Source of the DNA: a virus
Taxonomy: Duplodnaviria; Caudoviricetes
IMG/VR virus record: IMGVR_UViG_3300037245_001527
Coordinates: 1 to 55,310 of that record
Direction: 5' to 3' (one strand)
DNA: 55,310 nucleotides
Positions 48,066 through 55,310 of this stretch are shown here, piece after piece. The number at the start of each line of letters is the position of its first letter. Positions within the stretch are counted from its first letter, which is position 1. The position numbers were made by a program, and so were the translations under genes. Below the pieces are notes generated by a model that saw only the letters and a list, made by a program, of their open reading frames with translations, was not told the DNA's origin and searched no databases.

Positions 48066-48551
48066 ATGTCCCGCACTCGACTACAGTATATCCGAGCGAC
48101 GCTGTACCGTATGAAACGATCGTACGGGTTGCCAATCGATCTGTGCCAGCAAACGCTGGGGCAGACTGATTTACAGACAGGTGAAAAGGACATTTCCTAC
48201 ATGAAGGTGTCCATTCCGAGGGCAATCATACAGCCTGCACGGACATCTCGTTCATTCGTGTACGACCTTGCATATATATCCGCGAATAAGGATTTTACTT
48301 CTGGTGGTTTCTTCGACGTTTCCGACAGACGTATCATTCTCGACGCGGCCGATTTGCCGGCTGATTGGGAATTGGATAACGACCAATTCATAATTTACAA
48401 TAACCGGCGGTATGACATCAAAGGCTTTTACGAGTTCGAGGCAGACATGGGGTTCATCCTCATGGTTCGCGAAACGAAGGGCCAGAAGATGGTACGACTA
48501 CTTGATGCGGTCTCGATTCTAAGTCTCGAACAAACGGTGGAGACTAGCTGA
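48066..48551 (+). CDS. Putative head-closure protein
   Basis: Position after the coat gene; D.IIYNNRRYDI motif. Confidence 0.5.
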   Translation: MSRTRLQYIRATLYRMKRSYGLPIDLCQQTLGQTDLQTGEKDISYMKVSIPRAIIQPARTSRSFVYDLAYISANKDFTSGGFFDVSDRRIILDAADLPADWELDNDQFIIYNNRRYDIKGFYEFEADMGFILMVRETKGQKMVRLLDAVSILSLEQTVETS

Positions 48552-49024
48552 TGGAAATCAATGCCGACTGGTACAGATGGATTGTTGCTTCAATTGCCAA
48601 ACACTTCGATGGCTACAAGGACACATACCATCTCTACGTTGAGGGTGACGAACGGGATACGAATACCCTAAAGGATTTCGCGGAACTCCGAACGGATGGT
48701 CCCTTTATCACCCGCGTCTGTAAGCAGCTAATGTTTCTTGATGTTGAAGTCAACCTCTTGATCCAATCGCTGATGGACCCGAAAGACTTGTATGCAGGTG
48801 CTAGAGCCGTTGGCGTTTTCGCCCGTGGTTTCACCAATTCGATCAATGTGTTCAAGTACGGGAACGGACCGAACGACGACGATTCACTTCTGGGATGTTT
48901 GGTAATCCGAACAAAACGGAATGAGAATACTGTTGATATAGGTAATTTTGGGATCATCCACCAGGATACCCGGATTACTCAATTTACAATCGAAGGCCAT
49001 TACCGCCTTGAACTTAAAGAATAG
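48551..49024 (+). CDS. Putative tail terminator/completion protein
   Basis: Position before the tail tube gene; 157 aa. Confidence 0.45.
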   Translation: MEINADWYRWIVASIAKHFDGYKDTYHLYVEGDERDTNTLKDFAELRTDGPFITRVCKQLMFLDVEVNLLIQSLMDPKDLYAGARAVGVFARGFTNSINVFKYGNGPNDDDSLLGCLVIRTKRNENTVDIGNFGIIHQDTRITQFTIEGHYRLELKE

Positions 49025-49035
49025 GAGCCATCTCT

Positions 49036-49854
49036 ATGGCAATCATCGACCTAAAGAATGCGACCATCCGATTGTGGGATGGAACCGTTCCGATTTTGAC
49101 CACAACCCACGCCTCCGGTGTGGACGGACAAGTTATTCTTACCGCTATTGGTAAGCACCATGGAAGTTCGACGCCTTCCATTACCCTTCTCGACACTGGC
49201 GAGGATCAATCACTCTCTCTCGCCGTCGTAGGAAAAGACGTCATTGTCACGATGGAGCGTGCAGCCTCCGCCCTCGTCACAACCGCCGCCCTCCTTGAGA
49301 CCGCATGGAATGCCGACCCGCTCTGCCTCGCACTTGCGACGATTGAGCTTGCCGGTACCGGTGCCGAAATCCTTGAGGCCCAAGCCGCCACACGGCTTAC
49401 GGGTCACAACTCAGTCGAAGTCACGATCGGTGAGGGTAACCTTACCTATACGGAGAAGAAGACTCGTGAGTTCAAGCTCAACCGTGGCAAACTGGGCTCT
49501 GTCCGGAATGCCGACGATGAGCCCATGGATGTCTCGTTCGACTTCACTTGGGAGTTCATGACGTCCGCGAATGGTGCCTCGGTGCCGACGGTCCAAGAGG
49601 TGTTGAAGCGGGTTGCTCCTGCCGACTCTTGGGTCACAACCGCGGACGATCCTTGCCAGCCCTACTGTGTTGACCTTGAAATCGTCAACGCCCCGGAGTG
49701 CTCGGCAATCGACGACGAAGGATTCCTGTTCGAGGAATTCTACTACGAGCAGCTTGATCCGGATTCCAAAGAAGGATCAGTTGCGTGCTCTGGTCGGTGT
49801 AACCGTCTGGAAGCCTCCATCACGAGGTTCGACTCCACTGTCATGCCTCTCTAA
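49036..49854 (+). CDS. Putative major tail (tube) protein
   Basis: Position; AGGAG RBS; beta-rich C-terminal half (GEGNLTYTE..VSFDF). Confidence 0.6.
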   Translation: MAIIDLKNATIRLWDGTVPILTTTHASGVDGQVILTAIGKHHGSSTPSITLLDTGEDQSLSLAVVGKDVIVTMERAASALVTTAALLETAWNADPLCLALATIELAGTGAEILEAQAATRLTGHNSVEVTIGEGNLTYTEKKTREFKLNRGKLGSVRNADDEPMDVSFDFTWEFMTSANGASVPTVQEVLKRVAPADSWVTTADDPCQPYCVDLEIVNAPECSAIDDEGFLFEEFYYEQLDPDSKEGSVACSGRCNRLEASITRFDSTVMPL

Positions 49855-49891
49855 TTGTTAATCTTACCACACCCGAGGAGATCCGTACACT

Positions 49892-50401
49892 ATGAAGTAT
49901 AAAGGAAAGAAAGTTGAAGGCCGTAACACCGAACTGTTGGTCCTACGCCGACCCAATGGTGAGACTATGGCTTTCAAATGTGAAGCTGTGGGTGACTACA
50001 GCGAGTTCGAGAAAATCTGTCCGGCACCAGAGCCGCCGGAGGTTCTCAAGCCGGGAGGCGTTCGTGAACGCAACGTAAAGGCTCCGGCGTTCCGTAAGGC
50101 ACTTGAAGAGTGGGCAGGGCGGAAGACGGATTACACCGTGCTCAAGTCTCTCGAAGCGTCACCGGACATCGAGTGGGACACCGTCGATATCAAGGACCCG
50201 AATACGTGGGGCAACTACCGGACAGAAATGACGGAAAGTGGCTTCACCGAGATCGAAGTCGCCCGTGTCCTAACGACGGTTGGTATTGCTAACTGTATGG
50301 ATGACAGTATGCTTGAGGCGGCCCGCGAGGATTTTTTAGTCGCGGAGGCGGCCGCGGAACAAAAATCCGTCTCGCCGGAGGACGGTCCTTTAAGTACCTG
50401 A
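49892..50401 (+). CDS. Tail assembly chaperone (gpG-like), with a -1 frameshift extension to 50544
   Basis: Position; in-frame T TTT TTA slippery site at 50332-50338; open -1 frame. Confidence 0.7.
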   Translation: MKYKGKKVEGRNTELLVLRRPNGETMAFKCEAVGDYSEFEKICPAPEPPEVLKPGGVRERNVKAPAFRKALEEWAGRKTDYTVLKSLEASPDIEWDTVDIKDPNTWGNYRTEMTESGFTEIEVARVLTTVGIANCMDDSMLEAAREDFLVAEAAAEQKSVSPEDGPLST

Positions 50402-50543
50402 TGTGGCGTGGGTTCGAGAGATTCGCGGTGCTACCGTACGGCTTGACCAGCGATATAGATAGCTGGTCAAGCTGGCAGGTTGCGGAGTTTGCGAGCTATG
50501 AAGAAATTCGGCAGATCGAAGAAGCTGGAGATGTGAGCACGTA

Positions 50544-51110
50544 ATGTCAGTACCACGAATCCGCGGGGAAATGTCATTGATGCAAATCCCTGTTGCTAAT
50601 TTTACCAAGACCCTGCGAGCTAGGCTTGAAGCCAAACAACGCCAGGCAATCCGAGCTTGGCTTAGGGCCGTGATTGCGAAGACACCATCCTACACTGGGA
50701 CGGTACGCGGAACATTCAAGCCGCTCGCAAGGGTACTTGGTCAGATAAGCGTGCAACCAGGCTCAGTTTCCAAGGGAGCAAAGGCCAAAATTGCACGCGG
50801 AACAAAGATCGATGGACAGCACTACCAATTAGGATTCGGAGCAGGCGGACAATACTCCGATTACTCAATCGAGCAGGAGGTCAGCACATTTCGGCTAAGC
50901 TTTATCTTCATCTTTGATAGCAGCCTGCCGTACGCCCTTTGGAATAATATCCAGCCAGCACCCAGTTGGATACATCTCAAAGAGCAAACTCCTTGGCACG
51001 CACTCCGAGCCGGGGCCCTAGCGTTTGAACAGTACGTCCAAAAAGAAGTCCCAATTGTAATGGGTGATTTTGGTAATCTTATCAAAATAAGGAAAGTGGT
51101 GATTGGCTAA
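50544..51110 (+). CDS. HK97 gp10-like neck/tail component
   Basis: VIAKTPSYTGTVRGTF resembles the TPVDTG.LR motif. Confidence 0.45.
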   Translation: MSVPRIRGEMSLMQIPVANFTKTLRARLEAKQRQAIRAWLRAVIAKTPSYTGTVRGTFKPLARVLGQISVQPGSVSKGAKAKIARGTKIDGQHYQLGFGAGGQYSDYSIEQEVSTFRLSFIFIFDSSLPYALWNNIQPAPSWIHLKEQTPWHALRAGALAFEQYVQKEVPIVMGDFGNLIKIRKVVIG

Positions 51111-54100
51111 TGGGAAATACAACTTCACGATCGAAAATGATCTTTGATGTTGAGGGTCTGGCTAATGTTAAGCGGGCTGCCGACATCCTCGATGCGATGA
51201 ACAAGAAGCAGCTTGCCTTGATTGGGACACAAGGTAAAGCAACCGCTGCCAACAAGAGAGTCACATCATCTATCACGGAACAGGTCGGAGCCCATAAGCG
51301 TCTTCAGACTACACTGTCGACAACAGCAGCCGGGACTTCCAGGCTAACCGCAAAATTCATCGCCACAGGTGCAGCGGGTGCAATGGCGGCAAACAAGGCC
51401 GGAACAGCTTGGATCGGACTGGGCCGAGTTATTGCTGGCTTTGCTATGTACCGTGGCCTCACATTGATTACGCAGGGGTTCCGTAATGCAATAGTGGAAG
51501 CCGTAAAGTATGAAATCGCAATCGGCGAAATTATGTCGATTTCGCATAACGCCCCACTCGGATTTAATCGATGGTCTCAAGGCATTCGAGAGCTATCGGA
51601 AGCATGGAAAGAGTCCGCTGCCGACGTGGCCGAAGGTGTGTACCAAGCACTCTCAAACCAGGTTGCAGAAGGTGCTGAGGCACTAAGCTTCATGACTGAG
51701 GCTATGCGGCTCTCAACGATCACCGTCAGCACAACGACTGATGCTGTTCAATTACTCACGGGAGTAATGAACTCTTACCATATGTCGGTTGATGATGCCG
51801 GGTACATCTCGAATATCTTCTTTAAGACTGTCGAGCTTGGGCGGCTTCGTTTGAAGGATATGGCTAACACCATGGGCCGGGTGAATATGCTCGGTGCCCA
51901 AATGGGTGTTCGCTTTGAAGAAACAGCGGCCGCGGTTGCAACTCTGTCTCGTCAGGGTGTCCAACCTACGGTAACCTTAACATTACTTCGTGCTGTAATG
52001 ATGAAGTTGATCCGGCCCACGGATCATATGAAAGAAGTCTTCCACTCGTGGGGCGTTACTTCGGCAAAAGCAGCCATCGACGCGTTCGGTCTTGTCGGTG
52101 TCCTCGCTAAGATTGAAGAAGCAGCCAAAGGTGGCGGCGATGAGATGCAGGAACTCGGTGAAATGTTTGGTCGCATCCGGGCTATCGTCGGTGCGGCGGG
52201 ACTAATCGGAAACCTCAAACTATTCAATTCAACCCTTGCCGAACTTACAGACGGGGCAAAGGATGCTAACCAGGCCCTGTTGGAAATTACCCAGACGGCA
52301 GGGTACAAGCTACAGGTTGAATGGAACAAACTCAAGAATATCTTCACCCATGATATTGGGCAGCCGCTTATCCAGAGCCTATCGAATATGAACGATGCGA
52401 TAGGTGGATTTTCCAATCGGCTAAAAGACGTACTTGAAATAATGAAATTGGTAGCAATCGCGGCCGTTGCCTTAACCGCAGGATTCGTTGTTGGCCGTAT
52501 CGCAGCGGTAACTGCTGAACTGTACGCGTTCGCGAAAGTCGGATTAGCATTCCAACTTATTGCCGAGGGGATGAAAGTTAAGTGGATGGCCTTCATCGCG
52601 AAGTTTGGTGCTATCCCACTTCTCTTCGCGGCCGTTGCCACTGCCTCATACCTCATGGCCACTGCCTACTTCGATTCAGTCGAAAGGATGACTAACGTCC
52701 ATCTTGCAATGGATGAAGAGCGTGTTAATTCTACCAAGATGGCGGCAGATGAAATAGGTCGCCTTAACCGGGAGCAAATAGCAAATACCTACCGGGCCCT
52801 GATACAGGCCGTCGAGAATCAAAAGCGAGTTCTGTTGGGCGTGATCGCTGACATCCAAGCAGCCCACAATGAGCTACAGGGTGTAATGACTCTACAGTTG
52901 TCTCTTGAGAAAGCGATATTTGACTTACGGTTCAAGAACGCTTCGGAGACAAACAAGAAGCGGATGCTCGATAAGAAGATGTACGAAGAGTACAAAACGA
53001 TCAGAGCACATATTGAAGCGGGTGAGGACGAGGCCGCGGCAAAGATGATCTCTCGCTTCGAGGGGACGGTCTCTGCAATTGAGGGACTCATAGACGGCAA
53101 CAACAGGTACGTGCCGGCAACCGGTCTTCGTAACCGGATGGCCGCAGCATTTGAGGCCCGCTTGGCAGCTAGTATGGGTGCCAGTGGGGATCAGACAACT
53201 CCAGGTGCCCAGGCCAGAATGGCAGCGAACCAAACGCTTATCGATGGGGAGCGTGAAAAAGTTAAGGCCATCGATAAGTACCTTGTTAAGCTCAAGGAAG
53301 AGGATGAAGCACACAAGGCATTAGCTACGAATATAGCCCAACAGACGGGTGAACTCCAGGCTAATATCCAACGTATGCAGGCTACGCTATCTGGCTGGTG
53401 GACTGATTTTAACTTCAATGCGATGATCACAGCGGAACTTAAAAAGGGAGATACCCGACCCGCCTGGAAGAAGTTCTTCCTCCCGATGTCGGAGGAAATG
53501 CAGCTACAGGGTGAAGCTGCGATGAGCGGATTCTTGGCGTTCAAGAAGAAGATCGGTGAGCTTGCTGAAATGCCCATGGATCAATTCATGGCCATCCCGG
53601 TGGAGACGCTGGAAAAAGATGTGAACGCGATGCGGGAGATCTATAGACAGTTCTCTCAACAACTAGACGAGACGCAGAAAATAAAGTTTGAGACATTCTT
53701 CGCGTGGTACCGGGCACGCTTGGCCGAGGTCGAAGCCAACAAGGGAGGGCTCCGAGGGATGGAAGGGGCGATCCGAGGTCATGCCGACGCCATTGGGGAT
53801 GCACAACGTAGTGCTCTTATTCTAAAGGAAAATTGGAAGCATATCGGGGACAACTGGAAGAACACCGCTGGTGGGATCACTCGGGGCATCATGGCAATGC
53901 AGGAATCCACGGGGACTGTCTCGGTTCTGTATACGAATGTAATGCACGCATCTGCGAATGTACTTGAAACTGCCCGAGCCCTAAATGCCGAGACGCAGAG
54001 ACTCAACAATGAGACGCGGGCCCTCCAAGCCCAAACAGCAGCAATGAAGGGTGGGGCCTTTGGTGGGCGGTTCGCAGCCGGCGGACTTGCATCTGACTTC

Positions 54101-54340
54101 ATTCCGGCAATGCTACGAAAGGGTGAGTATGTTACGAACCCAAGAGCCACAAAGAACTTCCTGCCCGATCTGGTTGCAATGAATAACGGTGCCCGACATG
54201 CGGCGGGTGGTAACATTACCAATAATATCGGGGACGTCAATGTGACTGTCCAAGGTGGAGATACATCTGAGCGAACCGCAAGAGCAATCGCCCAGAAGCT
54301 ACGCCGCGAGCTTCGACGCGGAACAAGTCGCCTTAGTTAG
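51110..54340 (+). CDS. Tail tape measure protein
   Basis: 1076 aa, Ala-rich helical, TP901-type core (YQALS, KTVELG, GVRFEETAAAVATL), C-terminal FAAGG..AMLRKGEYV. Confidence 0.92.
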   Translation: MGNTTSRSKMIFDVEGLANVKRAADILDAMNKKQLALIGTQGKATAANKRVTSSITEQVGAHKRLQTTLSTTAAGTSRLTAKFIATGAAGAMAANKAGTAWIGLGRVIAGFAMYRGLTLITQGFRNAIVEAVKYEIAIGEIMSISHNAPLGFNRWSQGIRELSEAWKESAADVAEGVYQALSNQVAEGAEALSFMTEAMRLSTITVSTTTDAVQLLTGVMNSYHMSVDDAGYISNIFFKTVELGRLRLKDMANTMGRVNMLGAQMGVRFEETAAAVATLSRQGVQPTVTLTLLRAVMMKLIRPTDHMKEVFHSWGVTSAKAAIDAFGLVGVLAKIEEAAKGGGDEMQELGEMFGRIRAIVGAAGLIGNLKLFNSTLAELTDGAKDANQALLEITQTAGYKLQVEWNKLKNIFTHDIGQPLIQSLSNMNDAIGGFSNRLKDVLEIMKLVAIAAVALTAGFVVGRIAAVTAELYAFAKVGLAFQLIAEGMKVKWMAFIAKFGAIPLLFAAVATASYLMATAYFDSVERMTNVHLAMDEERVNSTKMAADEIGRLNREQIANTYRALIQAVENQKRVLLGVIADIQAAHNELQGVMTLQLSLEKAIFDLRFKNASETNKKRMLDKKMYEEYKTIRAHIEAGEDEAAAKMISRFEGTVSAIEGLIDGNNRYVPATGLRNRMAAAFEARLAASMGASGDQTTPGAQARMAANQTLIDGEREKVKAIDKYLVKLKEEDEAHKALATNIAQQTGELQANIQRMQATLSGWWTDFNFNAMITAELKKGDTRPAWKKFFLPMSEEMQLQGEAAMSGFLAFKKKIGELAEMPMDQFMAIPVETLEKDVNAMREIYRQFSQQLDETQKIKFETFFAWYRARLAEVEANKGGLRGMEGAIRGHADAIGDAQRSALILKENWKHIGDNWKNTAGGITRGIMAMQESTGTVSVLYTNVMHASANVLETARALNAETQRLNNETRALQAQTAAMKGGAFGGRFAAGGLASDFIPAMLRKGEYVTNPRATKNFLPDLVAMNNGARHAAGGNITNNIGDVNVTVQGGDTSERTARAIAQKLRRELRRGTSRLS

Positions 54341-54349
54341 GAGAGACCA

Positions 54350-54472
54350 ATGAGCGAGAGTAATCTTCAAATGACTCACAGGGTCGATGTTGAAGTGATA
54401 CGTGCGGCGGACCGTACGGATCTCAAAGACCCAAAAGAAACCATTCCGGAGTCGTCCACGGACGATTCATAA
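54350..54472 (+). CDS. 40-aa hypothetical protein, not in the ORF track
   Basis: AGGAG RBS; MSESNLQMTHRVDVEVIRAAD... Confidence 0.45.
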   Translation: MSESNLQMTHRVDVEVIRAADRTDLKDPKETIPESSTDDS

Positions 54473-54493
54473 CCCCGCTGTAAGGAGGGCTTT

Positions 54494-55018
54494 ATGCTCA
54501 ACTTCCTCAAGAGGTTCTTGCCCCGCAAGGACAACCTAAAGTTCCGTCTCGACGTTCATTGTGAACACTACCGGGATGGAGTACATATTGGGACGTACGA
54601 CGTTCCCAATGGTATCACGAACGTGGGCAAAGATCTCGCCCTTGACGTTCAGTTCAATGATGGCGTGGCCATCGCCCAAGCCAGTTGGTACATTGGTCTT
54701 GTCGACTTGAGTGGTTACTCCGCTCTGGCGGCAGCCGACACAATGTCCAGCCATGCTGGCTGGAATGAATTCACGTCCTACACGGAAGGTAACCGTGTTG
54801 CGTGGGGTCCGGGTTCGGCATCCAGCCAATCCGTTACCAATTCCACACCGGCGACGTTCAACATCAATGGTAGCGGTACCGTTAAGGGTGTGTTCATCGT
54901 GTCGAACAACACCAAGAGTGGTACGGCCGGTACGCTTTGGGCCACTGCCTTGTTTGGTGCCGACGTCCCGGTCACCAGTGGTGACCAACTCAAGATCACC
55001 TACACGGTGAGTTGTTAA
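54494..55018 (+). CDS. Tail/virion structural protein
   Basis: NGITNVG..L, WYIGL, GTLW..GDQLKITY pattern typical of tail-associated proteins. Confidence 0.65.
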   Translation: MLNFLKRFLPRKDNLKFRLDVHCEHYRDGVHIGTYDVPNGITNVGKDLALDVQFNDGVAIAQASWYIGLVDLSGYSALAAADTMSSHAGWNEFTSYTEGNRVAWGPGSASSQSVTNSTPATFNINGSGTVKGVFIVSNNTKSGTAGTLWATALFGADVPVTSGDQLKITYTVSC

Positions 55019-55037
55019 TCCTACCAGGGGTAAGTAG

Positions 55038-55310
55038 ATGCCTAAGAAACGAAAGAATGCCTCGGGGCAAAGCTCCATAGCTTGGCAACAGTCTGTCACC
55101 TTCGATAAGACGACTGTCCTGTCAGCATCCAACACGTTGGTTTTTACACAACCAACGTCGGGAACGTCGTTCCTTATGGAGACGGCCGAGTCGACTTTAG
55201 CATTCACGCAAGAGGTAACTCTTGCCCCTATCCACAACGAATCCGCTTCCGACGTGCTGGACTTCCAGCAGTCGGTTGCGGTAATTCGTCCTGTCTACCT
55301 TTCCGTAGAG
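55038..55310 (+). CDS. Tail-associated repeat protein, 3'-truncated
   Basis: Open to the window end; SASNTLVFTQ, TAESTLAFTQ and SASDVLDFQQ repeats resemble those of the 44054 gene. Confidence 0.65.
   Translation, partial: MPKKRKNASGQSSIAWQQSVTFDKTTVLSASNTLVFTQPTSGTSFLMETAESTLAFTQEVTLAPIHNESASDVLDFQQSVAVIRPVYLSVE

Overview
The window is about 55 kb of a tailed dsDNA phage genome, siphovirus-like and probably incomplete at both ends. The host cannot be determined from the sequence; Planctomycetota is a weak guess. 1-26.8 kb (+ strand) is a replication and nucleotide-metabolism arm: PolA, VRR-NUC nuclease, DHH phosphoesterase, class II RNR, NYN, a sigma-like factor, ATP-dependent ligase, a GHKL-like ATPase, a PD-(D/E)xK exonuclease, DUF932, ThyX, HNH, dUTPase and many small hypothetical genes. 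26.8-31.6 kb is a largely non-coding control region containing a minus-strand island. 31.6-55.3 kb (+ strand) is the virion arm: serine protease cassette, beta-helix proteins, terminase, portal, three LamG-like paralogs, scaffold, P22-like coat, tail genes and tape measure. The most unusual feature is the minus-strand island. Four consecutive, abutting 24-29 bp inverted-repeat pairs each enclose one unit: a 132-aa ORF, a ~30-aa hydrophobic peptide, a ParB-like gene and a rod-like non-coding segment. Their mismatches are G-U compatible only on the transcribed strand. The island is bracketed by inverted 29-bp 11-7-11 palindromes and lies next to a (GGGCGT)17 G-quadruplex-prone tract. Two dispersed motifs also stand out: a 14-bp palindrome TGDTAANNTTAHCA (at least 18 exact copies, window-wide) and TGGGCCCTGGGCC (about 16 copies, almost all in the first 31.5 kb, often as inverted pairs). 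All product calls come from motifs read by eye; no database searches were run.
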